DNA of 64,000 bases from Cyanidioschyzon merolae (taxonomy: Eukaryota). A program made the position numbers and the translations under genes. The number at the start of each line of letters is the position of its first letter. Within the stretch, counting starts at the first letter, position 1. Positions 32,070-42,862 of this stretch are shown in pieces. The stretch lies in NCBI GenBank assembly GCA_000091205.1, contig AP006499.2. One strand, 5' to 3'. The notes beneath the pieces are model-generated. The model did not search any database, was not told the DNA's origin, and worked only from the letters and a program-made list of their open reading frames with translations.

Positions 32070-34450
32070 TCATTCCACCTTGAATGGTTCTCCCACAAAA
32101 TTCTCTCTTGTCATCTCTGGAAGTCTTTTTTCCATCACCACACATTTCCTGATATTGATTGCGGCGTTAAAGTCTCGGTTCACAAACTCCATCCGTTTCT
32201 TGCCATCATTGATTGTACTTACTAATGCAAGTCGCCCATGAACGTTCGCCCTCCTTTCCATTTGCTGTCCCGTCAGCGGTCCGTATTTTTCATATCCTCA
32301 GGGCTCCGCTGGCACTTTTTTCATCTCGAATCTCTGAAGTGTGCATCCCAGTTCATGGTGTATATACAATGCTCGGAACTCATCGATCGGTAGCGGAACG
32401 AAACGCCTTGCGCACTCCTTGTACGTTCTCGCCGGTGGAGCTGGTGTAGTCCCTTTTTGGGTCTTCCAGCGTCCTGCTCCGTTTGCCACTACGAGCCTCT
32501 GACGTTCATCCTCCTTCAAGCCACTCAACTGATTGAAAAAGTTGGCAAACGCCCGCTGCTTCCCACAATACAGGTTCATTCGCAGACGAGCCCACCGAGG
32601 CTTTGTATACTCTTTCCACAGCGCATCCCAATGAGCAACGCGACCTTCCATGAATTTCCGAAAAGCTTCAAAGTCCGCTCCTCGACTCGTCACCTTGCTC
32701 AAGGCCTCCAGGTGCTCTTTCAGTTATGCGTTCCACGTCTCGATTTTATTCCTTGCATTCATGATTCTGGAATCTCGATAGTTTCTTGCTCTCGAGAACT
32801 TTAAAATACTCATGCCTTTCTGAAGTAAGTTGCCGTGGATTCCATCTTCCGCACGCTTGGGTACTGCGGTGGTTATGATACTTGTGCCCCAGGGTCCGCG
32901 CCAACGACAAGGTCGTTATCCTGCACTTTCTGCGTCGCAGAATCCGCCTCCTTCTCATCTTCATGCTTCGTTACGGGCGAGGCCGAGCATGGAACAAGAC
33001 GATCCGCCTTCAGGCGCCGACGGTGTACACACATGGATACCCCATCGGTTTCGATCACCCCAGCGAATACCTTTTGTTCGCTGACTTTCAAACGTTTGAT
33101 TTCGAAGATATTTTTCTGGTACTTCTCCCGGTTGACACCGGTGACCTCCTTCCTGCTAACCTTGAACTCCGGACAGATCTCCCTCATGATGCCATGAAGG
33201 ACTGCGGAATCGATGGTCACGAAATGTGCCCTGATGTTGCACAACGGAACCACGTTGAAGCGCTTCTCCATTAGGAACGCTTCCGTCTCTCAGACGCTTC
33301 ATTGTTCCCGCGATTCAGCTCCATCTCCGCCTTGGGTTCGAGCTCTCGGTCTGGGTGCACGAAATAGCGCATAATTAGGGGATATCATCATTTTTTCACC
33401 TTTTTTCATATCTGATACCTTTTCTGCTGGGTTGACCGGCCTCAAGGGTGCACGGTGCTCATGAATAGTCGCACGGATTATAGAATCCTCATTCGTGCAC
33501 CTGCGTGATGTCTTCTTGTCGACGAACTCGATCTCCTGTTCAAGCTGCCGATCGTCCGTCATCCCATTGGTGATGGCCCATCTTTCCTTCGCGAGAGAGA
33601 CCCGGTTGGAGTGCAAACACGGCGCATATCATGAAGCCCTGGAGGTTCATGGTTAAACGGTCTCCAAGTTCGTTAGGTACCGCATGGCCCCGTGGGTGTA
33701 AATATTCCAGTCCCTCTGAATCGAGTACCGTAGAAGCTGTAGAAGGGATGCTTTTCGTGGAGGGCATGCACCCGCTCATTTCCCCTCGAGGTTTCCCCTG
33801 TGGCGAGCACCAGGTGGCGAAGAAGGGTCCTGCTGAAAAATTCTTCCGGAACCTCGGCTGTTTCGATGTCGGCCACGTCTTCATTCATCTCCTTCACCAA
33901 ATGCATTAGCCCTGACGAAGCCTTTATAACACTCATGGAGTAAGACGCAACACGGTTTCTGGGAGTCTCTTGCAACGCTTCCTTGGACGGATGCTTGATA
34001 TGTTTAAGATGGCAGGCTTTGACAACCATCACGTCGTTGTGCCGTCTTTCTTGCAGCCTTTGACGTCGGGCCTCCTTCATTTGCTTCTTTGTCTCGTCCT
34101 GTTCCTCTTCGCACTGGACTGTGTGTTCGTTTGTATCCGCCAGCTGACGACACTGGGCCTCCAGGAGCCTCCACTTTCACTCGCATAACTTTCCTTTTTA
34201 ATTTTTTTTCTGAAAAAGAACGCACCTTGAATGCTTCAGGTATAAACAGCGAAAAATCACTTGAATACACTTACTTGAGGGTTGGAATACGATTGAACTG
34301 AAAAGCATACTTTGCTACGACTTCAATGCAAATACACCGCGTGCAGCAGAACAACACGCTCTTGATACCGATCGCGTTTCCGTTCAAGAGCAGCATGCGC
34401 GAAGTGTCTCGTGTAACTGGCTGATGTCTCTGGTGCACGTGTCCAGCCCC
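31990..34450 (-). pseudogene. Longest Fanzor(TnpB)-like copy (E, about 2.4 kb), frameshifted. It has a RuvC-I-like GxDxG motif, a candidate RuvC-II, and RuvC-III D-x-NAA-x-NI.
   Basis: Minus-strand ORF pieces run in order. 33271..32873 ends ...[15 protein letters not shown] (RuvC-I-like). 32702..32298 reads ...VPLPIDEFRALYIHHELGCTLQRFEMKK... (candidate RuvC-II Glu and degenerate zinc-finger region). 32261..32070 reads ...GKKRMEFVNRDFNAAINIRKCVVMEKRLPEMTRENFVGEPFKVE* (RuvC-III). The 3' module is at 31990-32069. Region 34160-34450 matches the internal segment of copies A, C and H. The short copies lack the central roughly 1.9 kb present here. Confidence 0.55.
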
Positions 34451-35419
34451 CTACAGAAAAAAAACAGAGACTCACGACTAACTGGCAACGATATGACAAT
34501 TTCTTTCCCCCCTCTAAGGTAAACGTTAAAAGGCGAAAAGGTTTCCATATTGTCGAAAGTTTATTTTATAGGCGAAACGTCCCGCGAGCCGGACGTGTCT
34601 GCCAGACCAGTGCTTCATGCGACCCCAGTGGAAGGTGCTTGCTGGAAACCCGAGCAACTCGTGCGAAATGCAGTTTATTATGAGACTAGGAGCGGGTATG
34701 CTGCGTCAGGGCGTCGGCCTGGTCGCAGTTATCTCCTTACATATCGCTTGGCGCTGCCGCAGGCACTAGGTCTGTCTGCAGAGCTTGCAGGCTCCCAGAA
34801 AGATTATGTACTCTGGCTCTGTATCGGGAAAAGCGCTCCTCGATTCGATGCCCTCTGTGGTACGGTAACGCGGTTTTGTCTCCGCGATCCATCTGTTCCA
34901 GCGGTTTAGGCGCCACTACGGGTGCTCGTGGTAGGTACTCGCGCACGCTAGAACGTAAAAACCGACCAGTATGTCCGAGATGAAGTGTAAGAGATGGATC
35001 TTAGTCGGCCGGGGCGGGAAGGGCAGCATGATGAGCGCTTCCTCGAAAGCCACTACCCATCCATCCCGAAATCTGGGATCCATGGTAAATGTAAACGTTT
35101 GTCATCGAAAAAAAACAGATCGAAATTAATATGCAATTCACCGTTTAGATCGAAGACGAATTGTCTCTAGTATGTATATTCTTTATTGAAGAGTGCAATG
35201 AGGACTGCATGGTTCCTTCAGGTCAGTCATAGCAGGTCACTCAGGTGGTTGACGAACACTGAAAGAGACCAACAGATGCGCTACGCGCCGAAAACTGATA
35301 TTCTTCAGGCCTGCTTGCGGTCAATGATAGAAAATGGTCCGTTGATAATGCTACCGAAGAGCAAAAGCTATGATAATAGACGTCAAGTAGGTGTCTCTGT
35401 TTCTCACTAGTTTGTTCAT

Positions 35420-35713
35420 GTGGTCCAGCATACAGGGGGATACAGTCGCAAGAAAGTCCTAGTTCACGAACGGTCATCTTCCAATGAAATCGCAACGACA
35501 GCGTTCCTGGAGCTCAGCGATCGGGACAGAGTACAGGAACGTCGGGTTGTTTCAGTTGATGAGATTTCCTTTCGACAAAACGGTCGGAGCATGTATAGGC
35601 ATTTGTGGGGAAAAGAGCCTGTTATATATACGATCGAACTCGAAAATAACTCGGACCTCATTATCTGTTCTAGCTGCAGTCGATTCACTCTCCGGCCTCA
35701 GTCCCGCTCGTAG
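35420..35713 (+). pseudogene. Tc1/mariner-like (DDE_3) transposase remnant (copy B)
   Basis: ...GGYSRKKVLVHERSSSNEIATTAFLELSDRDRVQERRVVSVDEISFRQNGRSMYRHLWGKEP... fits the Tc1 pattern, with FSDE-like VDEISF and downstream Y.W..G. It is truncated, with no second Asp or Glu block. Confidence 0.55.
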
Positions 35714-35874
35714 AGAAGGCTCATCCAACAGCACCAACCATTCCGTCGAATCATTGAAGACTTTTCCCTCACGTCTCGCGACGTTTTTCCACTGAAAAAC
35801 GTGGTATTTCAGCATTACCGTCGCGGTCGAGTTTTTGCCGATTCTGTCGGGGTAGAGTTGGTTTTCATTTCTCC

Positions 35875-36342
35875 GTGAGCTCCGTGATTCGGTCCCATCG
35901 AAGGAGAGTTTTCGATCGAAAAAAGGTAATGATCTCTCCACTGGGCGAATTGATGAAGCGTCCAGCACACGATGACACCGCGGACAATGTCGTCTCTCTT
36001 CTGCAAGTCTTCCTCTTTCCGGGAAGGTCCTCATTTAGGCACATTCAAAAGTGCGCCCATTCGCAGAAAATGAGGGATGAACTGAGGTGTATATTTCAGA
36101 AGGTCGAGATTGAGAGAAGGCAGCGGAGCGCTTCGGTGATAGGAAAGCACAGAGGGCTGACAGAGCACCACATGACGCTGAGGGTGCGAATTCGAGGACT
36201 ACTTGCACTGGTGAGTTCAACCAGCAGCAAAAAACGCATGAAGTTCGTGAATGGTGAGTTTAACACTGAGAAAAATACAAGGAGATGTGCATTGTTGAAG
36301 ACGAGACGCGAGGAGCTGACGCGAGCGAACTTTATGGGGTAG
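35875..36342 (+). pseudogene. TnpB/Fanzor-like C-terminal remnant (copy B)
   Basis: The ORF ends ...SSKKRMKFVNGEFNTEKNTRRCALLKTRREELTRANFMG*. This is the degenerate D-x-NAA-x-NI context (NGEFNTEKN), conserved with the other copies. Confidence 0.5.
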
Positions 36343-36443
36343 CCTCTCGGGTTCGAGGTGTACAAGGAGAAGCTGAAGCCGATCGCAGGGTGCCGGCCAA
36401 ATACGGTTTGAAGGCGCCTGCCGTTGGGCGAATATACATACTC
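36343..36443 (+). ncRNA. Candidate omega-RNA scaffold remnant (copy B)
   Basis: cctctcgggttcgaggtgtacaaggagaagctgaagccgatcgcagggtgccggcc...gaaggcgcctgccgttgggcgaatatacatac aligns with copies D and G. Confidence 0.25.
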
Positions 36444-36484
36444 AAAAGTCGTGGAATGTTGTTCGTTATACTGGAAAGAATACT

Positions 36485-37747
36485 CGTAGTCAAACCATGA
36501 GGGCTCACCAACGCATGGGTACTTTTAACAACATCAAGCGTTGTTTTGGGACGGCCTCTTCCACTCCTTGCCGCTGGATTTCGTTACCTCACCGCCACCA
36601 AGATGAGTCGTGACGCCCGCTACAAAGCGCTCCTAAAATAACCGATACCACTATGCAGCGCATTCATAAACCACTGCGCGCTTCTCCTTTTCTTACGAAC
36701 AGCACGCTCAAATACCCCATTCATCTGGCTCTCCGTCTAGCGGTTCCATGGCAGCTCGTGGGCGCACCAGATCGCGCCCCTATATCGCGACGACGAACAC
36801 CCGACGTCGGCCGTTCACGAGTGTTCTCAGACACTCATGCCGAAAGCCCAACGGGGTTCTCACGTCAAATACTCCTCTCCGCTCTCATCGCACGCCCCCC
36901 TCTCTTCGCGCCCGTCGACGAGCCGGCACTCAACAGCGACACCGTATGTCTCTCCAGCTGCAGGCTCGCTACGGCTCCCGCGTCTCCCGTTTCCATGGGA
37001 AAGGGGCCTTGGACGCGGGCGCGCGCCGTCGCAGCGGCCGCCTCCAGCAGAGTTTGCGTCACCGCTCTGCACAGCGGGAGCGTAGACGGATCGAACCAGC
37101 TGGGCTGGATATCTCCAGCGCGGATCTCCCTCTTGGTGCCCCGCCTCATCGTGGTCAGCATTGCGTTGCACGGATTCTCCCGCGGACTGGACAGCGTGCG
37201 CGTGCGCATGCGCCCGCCCAGAATACGCGCCGTGCGGATCGCCCCGAGCGAGCCCGGGGTCTGTCGGTACCGCACGAGACGCCGAGACGGAACGAGGGCG
37301 TCGAGGCGACCCTTCTGCATCCGCCAACGACATGTATCGGGCGACGAGGGAGGCCCTCGGTGGATGAGCTTTGTCGGACATGTTGTCACACCTTACCACA
37401 GCCGATCATGGCAGCTACGTTGTGCGTCTCGAGGCTGTACACAGCGAAGATGGCAATGGCAAGCAAAGCATATATCGTGACGACCGCCTCTGGATGAACT
37501 GTTTCAAGAACACCTGGTGGCAGCGAAATCGGGACTTGAACACTGCCATCAGCATCCTTCAACAGTCGACAACGGACTCCGAGGGAGCGGAGCGTCCAGC
37601 ACGCTGACTGGCGGACATAAGAAAGGAAAACGGAGCATTTGCAGAAAGAGTCTGCGAGGGCTGGTGTGCATGACAGTACGATGAAATCCAAACCTGTGCG
37701 AGTACGCCCGTGTCAGGATGCCTGTTCCATTTCATCCCGACATGCGT
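36485..37747 (+). repeat. Left copy of a 1.27 kb direct repeat (same GC-rich repeat family as the inverted repeat at 8833 and 17278, diverged)
   Basis: Near-identical to 42863-44147. The ORF pair 36653..37480 and 43030..43878 is identical except for a 21-nt indel (...GGPRWMSF... versus ...GGPHAPWSGPRWRSF...). It starts cgtagtcaaaccatg and ends ...catcccgacatgcgtg. Blocks such as gtcaccgct.tgcac..gggagcg.agac.gatcga......ctgggc are shared with the inverted-repeat unit. Confidence 0.85.
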
Positions 37748-38066
37748 GAACGTACATGCACTGAACCCGTTACGTAGCGGCGACGTCGTATGAGTGATTG
37801 CCGTTTGCAATCACGCGCCGATCGCGAGACGGCCGCGCGTCACAGCATAGGGTGCCAGATTTCAGGGGCGTCTGCTGCGGAGCCGTATCCCACGGCCTGC
37901 CTGCAGGCTCGGACACGTCCCAGATTGGCAACTGATCCCGGACACGTGGTGCGATCTGGACGCGTTTCACATGGACAGCAGCTGGAGCGCTCGCGCGTCG
38001 ATGTGGAACACCCGGCGACAAGAGCCAGCCTGAAATTCACACCCGGCTTTAGAACTCGCTGTACTT

Positions 38067-39902
38067 ATGGTTGCGCTGGAACTTCCAGCAGCCATGTCTA
38101 AGGTGGAAGTGGTAGGTCTGGTGGAGTCCAACACGGGACGACAGGCAGTCCTTGTTTCCGGTGAGCAGGAAGCTGGGCAACCAGACAGGAACTGGTTTAC
38201 AAGTCAGACGGCCGCTGATCTTTGCACCCAGAGCAGGCCTCGTACTCGCCAGATGGGTCCGGTTTACTGTCCAATTCTTGGCAGAGAGCCCACCACCAAA
38301 AACCGGGCACGCTCAGATCAAAATTCGCTCTATGTTCGGGAAGCTTGCGAAGGGACCGTGTACGCTTCCAATCGCTACGAAACACGAACTTCTGAGCTCT
38401 CGCGGGAAGCGCCAAGAGACGAAGCTGGCGACGGTAGAGCGCAGGTTCAAACGACGCCCACGCTGATTTCCGCTGAAAAAAGACTCGAAGAAACCAACAG
38501 CCTTCCCTGTGTTCTCGAAGGTTCCTCTTCACACATGCCACGCGTTCTGAATAGCACCGTCGAAGTGCCGATATGCAAGTCACGGAATATCTCGGCGGCA
38601 GATGAGCAGCCTGAGGTTCTGCGTGAGCGGTCACTGGAGAAAAATGTGAAGCATTGGTCTTCTATTCATTTCCTTCTATCAGCTGCACTTCGTCCCCAGT
38701 ACTCGACAACCGTCAAGGAGGACGATTGCTCGAGACGAGCAAGGCGACGTGTTCATACTCGATCGCGTTCGGCAGGATATGGCGCTCTTCGCGTAGTCCC
38801 GGAGAAGTATCTGCTGGATCGAACGCATGCTTCGGTGCTGGGGGCTTCAAATCAGCGGGTTCTTCGATGGCTCGCACCACACACTGGGGAGAGCGGTGTC
38901 CAGTTATCATCATCATCATCATCAGCAGCAGCAGCAGCAGCGCCCCGGAGCGTTACTGGCACGGGAGCACTGGTATCCAGACCACGCGAGGGCGGATCCG
39001 AGCATGCGGCGCCCAAATGTTCGAGTACGTCATTCACTGCGCGAAAGCGTGGCCGCAACATCTCCTGCACGCTGAACAGCAACGTGAACAAATGCTCTTC
39101 CAGGGACACCGACTCAGACGGGTCGAGTGCAGTCACGGAGATGATCCCCGATACAGAGCACATCCTGATCCATCAGGCTGGCGTCAGTTCACTTGCGGTA
39201 GAGGTAGATGGTGAAATCGATCCATGGCTCATTATCGCCACGCTGCCGCCCCGAGAGTATGCGGCTCCCGCGCCTCAGATCCGCCTACCGAAGCCGGATC
39301 CCGCCGTGCGAGATCGCCCGACACTCGTTTTGGATCTGGATGAGACGCTTGTACACTGCTCGACAGAGTTTATGTCTGATGCTGACTTTAATTTCTCCGT
39401 GCACTTTGAAGGAACGAATTACACAGTATATGTGAAACGGAGACCTTTTTTACAGGCGCTGCTCCAGTACGCTGCTCGCTATTTTGAAGTGGTGGTCTTT
39501 ACCGCCTCGCAGAAAGCGTACGCAGATCGTCTTTTGAACATTTTAGATCCTGATCACACACTAATCCACCACCGGCTCTTTAGAGATGCGTGCATCAATG
39601 TTGCGGGTAACTATCTGAAAGATTTGACCGTGCTGAGTCGTGACCTGCGACGTACCATCATTGTGGATAACAGCCCCCAAGCTTTCGGCTATCATTTGGG
39701 GAACGGCGTTCCGATTCTAACCTGGACCGATGACGAAAATGACCGCGAATTGATCCAGCTGATTCATCTGTTAGAGGATATGCGCGACGAATTGGAACAC
39801 GGTAGCGGCGATGTTCGTTTTCTTGTCGAGCGGCGTTTCCGCAATAAGAATCGCGTTGAGTTCTACAGAGCGTTTCTTGCCTCCATTGATTCTGCACAAT
39901 GA
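38067..39902 (+). CDS. CTD-like (FCP1/SCP/NIF family) HAD phosphatase with a long disordered N-terminus
   Basis: ...RPTLVLDLDETLVHCS... is the DxDxT/V catalytic motif. ...FEGTNYTVYVKRRPFLQALLQYAARYFEVVVFTASQKAYADRLLNILDP...VLSRDLRRTIIVDNSPQAF... is the NIF/FCP1 homology domain. Confidence 0.8.
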   Translation: MVALELPAAMSKVEVVGLVESNTGRQAVLVSGEQEAGQPDRNWFTSQTAADLCTQSRPRTRQMGPVYCPILGREPTTKNRARSDQNSLYVREACEGTVYASNRYETRTSELSREAPRDEAGDGRAQVQTTPTLISAEKRLEETNSLPCVLEGSSSHMPRVLNSTVEVPICKSRNISAADEQPEVLRERSLEKNVKHWSSIHFLLSAALRPQYSTTVKEDDCSRRARRRVHTRSRSAGYGALRVVPEKYLLDRTHASVLGASNQRVLRWLAPHTGESGVQLSSSSSSAAAAAAPRSVTGTGALVSRPREGGSEHAAPKCSSTSFTARKRGRNISCTLNSNVNKCSSRDTDSDGSSAVTEMIPDTEHILIHQAGVSSLAVEVDGEIDPWLIIATLPPREYAAPAPQIRLPKPDPAVRDRPTLVLDLDETLVHCSTEFMSDADFNFSVHFEGTNYTVYVKRRPFLQALLQYAARYFEVVVFTASQKAYADRLLNILDPDHTLIHHRLFRDACINVAGNYLKDLTVLSRDLRRTIIVDNSPQAFGYHLGNGVPILTWTDDENDRELIQLIHLLEDMRDELEHGSGDVRFLVERRFRNKNRVEFYRAFLASIDSAQ

Positions 39903-41066
39903 CAACTTGCCACATGAGTATGGAGTATGTTTAGATGGGAAGCATGTTACCTGCCATTGACCACCAGGTTGCGCCTCTCCTGGCGAACAGAAACGATGAC
40001 AGCATTCCTCTGTGCAATGACGCGTCGCGAGATCGAGCGCTGTAATGCGGACCGCGACGCCCACGGAAGCGCCGAGATCATTGTCCGGTGAAACAATTTC
40101 AGTTCGGGCGCTTGGTACTGATCGTCGGGACAGCCGCTGCTCGCGACGAGATTGTATCGCCTGGTGCCCTTTGAGCCTTTGGAGAGCACACGATCGCCGC
40201 GAGTTTCCTACTCTGTACATATAAACGGCTTTTCCCGCTGTGCCAAGTTATACCAGACGCTCTGACGCACAGTTTCCTTTCGAATGAAGTTTTAGAGCTC
40301 TGGAGTTTTACTAGCTGCGAGCATCGAGTCCAGGGAGCGGCTTGGTCTATCAAGGAACGGGATTGCAAGTGATTCTCCTAAAGGAGTGCAGCTTAAACAC
40401 GTATGCATGGAGCCCAGTCCAAGACAGCCTTGGGCAAACTTTACTTTGTGAGAACCCACGAAAACTGTCGGTGATATGCAAGCTCTTATTCTGATGATCT
40501 AACGTTCCCAAGCGCAGATGCTCGCTTGCGAACTCCGTGAGGGAGACGCACCTAAGCTGCGCACACTGAGTACCTCCAAAGAGTTGGAACACTCTCAGGA
40601 TCGGGCTGGGCCGAGCGATATTCATCGAAATTTTCGATTCTCATGCATTTTCCCCATGAGCCTCCGAGTCGATAGGCGTCCGAAGCAGAAACCTTGTCCG
40701 TGCAAATCGATTTGCTGCGCTGAAGTTTCTGTCCGCTGCTGTCCGGCAAAGCTGGTACCGCATTCCGTATGAGTACGCAACGCAAGGCTCTGTTCGCGAA
40801 GCGAACGTCATTGGTCAGAGCGTGTCAACGAGTCCAGATCCGCTGCAAATTGCATGCTTGTCTGTATGCGTGGATGCGTGCGCGCATTAGTGCTTGTATG
40901 TCGATGGAAATCCGGGAGTCAGTCAATCAGTAAGTCAGTCAATCAGCATGCACAGCTGGCCGTCTGCTTGCGGGCATACCTATACGCATATTTACATACA
41001 TGTGTGCGTGCGAGCATGCATGTCTGTCTGCTTGCGGTCGATTGCAGCCTTTCATGCGCCAAAACA

Positions 41067-42368
41067 TCAAATCCAGTCTCCGTGACGAATCTTTTCGGGC
41101 AAATATACTTCGGTTAGGTACTGGAAGCCGAAATTGCTGAGAGCCTGAATCTCAGCCTTCTCTTTCCGCTTCACCATCAGGGAGAGCTCTCGATGCCAGG
41201 CTGGATTCTTTTTGATAAAATCTTCTTCCAGCATGTCTTTTCCGGTCTTAAGATCATTTTCTGTCATCGCAAGGCGGCACTGCTCCGGGATACCGTAGCG
41301 ATCAAGGTCGGTTGGCCGAATCCCCAACCACTTTATATCGGGCGTTGCTAGATTTGCAGAATCGTAGCTCATGCCCTTACTGCCACTCATGTAAACCGAA
41401 AGAATTTTCAGTCCGTACGGATCGCTGTCTACTAGACCAAGGATTGGTAAATGCAATTCCCGCTTCAGTCTTCGCAGAAACAAACGTGTTCCGACGTCCG
41501 GCTGACCTTTTGCAGTGACAATAATGCATTTCACGCGATTATAGAAGCGATCTTCCGCTAAGCGCATAAATGCTGCATCCTTCTCGACCAGGAGGATAAA
41601 TTCGGCGTCCGATGTTATATTCGTGATTCGATCGGTGTACGGAGGTATTGCTTTCCCGCCAACGCCCATACGCGTGCAGTCGATCAAATCCCCGTCTTCC
41701 TGGAAAGTTACACGGCCAACGACGATGCCTTTCTCTGACGCAACGACGTTTAGAGAGTTTCGAGTACAGCCGATCAGGCATGCAACATCGTTGAGCACAT
41801 CGTCTGACTCGGTTTGCTGCCGAAACAATTTCACATCTGTGTAGAACAAGTCGCGTTTTGTTGTGTGTATCCGTCGGGTGCAAAGCTCGTGCACAAGCTG
41901 TAGCACTCTCGTCATGATAGTGGTTTTGCGAACCGAGGCGACGGAGGCGAAGTTGCGAATCGCGACCCCGTCTTTGAGCACGATCCGTTCCAGCTCCTCG
42001 ACGTACTCTTGGTTGCCCGCGGATCTCCGTGGCACCTTGTAGGAGAGACCACGACCCTCCAGTATAGACTTTGCTGCGGAGAGAATGACTCGTTCGAGTT
42101 CGGCAAGTACCTGGTCGCAATCGAGCTCGCGCACCTCTATGCGTGCTGCGCTCGAGGCATCGGAACTCTGCTGCAAAATAAACCGTTGTTTTGCAGCCTC
42201 TCTGGACTCTATTTCCCTTTTCAACTCCCGGACTCTGTTCAGAAAAGACTCAGCGTCAACAGCCGCCGTTCCGCTAGAGACAGCACCCGATTCTGCCGCC
42301 TGTTTCCACTTCCGAGAGGCTGTGCTCAGCCGCGGCTCGGTCGCGGTTTTCTTTCTCTTCGCAACCAT
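41067..42368 (-). CDS. SPO11: SPO11 / DNA topoisomerase VI subunit A
   Basis: ...[16 protein letters not shown]... is the catalytic-Tyr region (5Y-CAP). The Toprim domain reads ...[17 protein letters not shown]...[17 protein letters not shown]...[29 protein letters not shown]... I cannot tell a meiotic SPO11 from a TOP6A-type paralog by eye. Confidence 0.85.
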   Translation of the reverse strand: MVAKRKKTATEPRLSTASRKWKQAAESGAVSSGTAAVDAESFLNRVRELKREIESREAAKQRFILQQSSDASSAARIEVRELDCDQVLAELERVILSAAKSILEGRGLSYKVPRRSAGNQEYVEELERIVLKDGVAIRNFASVASVRKTTIMTRVLQLVHELCTRRIHTTKRDLFYTDVKLFRQQTESDDVLNDVACLIGCTRNSLNVVASEKGIVVGRVTFQEDGDLIDCTRMGVGGKAIPPYTDRITNITSDAEFILLVEKDAAFMRLAEDRFYNRVKCIIVTAKGQPDVGTRLFLRRLKRELHLPILGLVDSDPYGLKILSVYMSGSKGMSYDSANLATPDIKWLGIRPTDLDRYGIPEQCRLAMTENDLKTGKDMLEEDFIKKNPAWHRELSLMVKRKEKAEIQALSNFGFQYLTEVYLPEKIRHGDWI

Positions 42369-42862
42369 AAGATGAGGTGCTCGGGCCCCAGTCCGTCCAA
42401 AAAGCTTTCAAGCAGGAACGTATGCAGCACAAGCGGTACGACGAAGCAGCCTGCCTTTCGATCTTGAGCGCTGATGCGTACCGTTCGGCGAAAACTCGCG
42501 CCCGCCACGGGATCGGCAGAGGCGCAGTGTGCACCGAACACTCGCGTTCGCGCCAAGCTTGCATGCGGCGTGCGGATGTCAGCGCATCGCCTTCTGAGGC
42601 GAAGTACGACACGCGTATTCGGTTCTCTTCAGCACCTGGACCGGTTTCAGCGCCGCGGATCAAACGCAATCAGGATCGAAAGTCACAGAAAAGGCCTCGA
42701 GGGCCCGTATGGACCATGAAATGTCCGAACCTAAGGCACGATAACTGACGTGAACGCCAGAGCCCGACACAGCAGGAAGAAAAAATCCAGCTTTGAGCTA
42801 CTCCTTCTGATCCTGCATTTCCATTTTTCTCGAAATGTTTTAGATGAGCAGTGCCGAGGTTC

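Larger units (their letters stand above)
35116..36443 (+). mobile_element. Tc1/mariner-like plus Fanzor-like composite element, copy B (1.33 kb)
   Basis: Left end cagatcgaaattaatatgcaattcaccgtttagatcgaagacgaattgtc..., then the Tc1-like remnant 35420..35713, the Fanzor C-terminal remnant 35875..36342, and the 3' module ending ...gaaggcgcctgccgttgggcgaatatacatactc. Colinear with copies A, C and G. Confidence 0.65.

Noticed and set aside
35116-36443. Terminal inverted repeats of the Tc1/Fanzor element. A 13-nt match, agtatgtatattc, occurs between the left end and the reverse-complemented right end of copy B.
   Set aside because: The match is not reproduced in copies A, C or G, so it is probably chance. 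No consistent terminal inverted repeat or TA target-site duplication could be established by eye.
36653-37497. Long overlapping ORFs (275, 249, 179, 174 aa) on both strands inside the 1.27 kb direct-repeat units. The same ORFs occur at 43030-43895, and 100-195-aa ORFs occur inside the inverted-repeat arms.
   Set aside because: Open frames occur in several phases and on both strands simultaneously, and they are extremely Arg, Ala, Ser and Pro rich. This is the signature of GC-rich non-coding DNA and not of a gene. No motif is recognisable.
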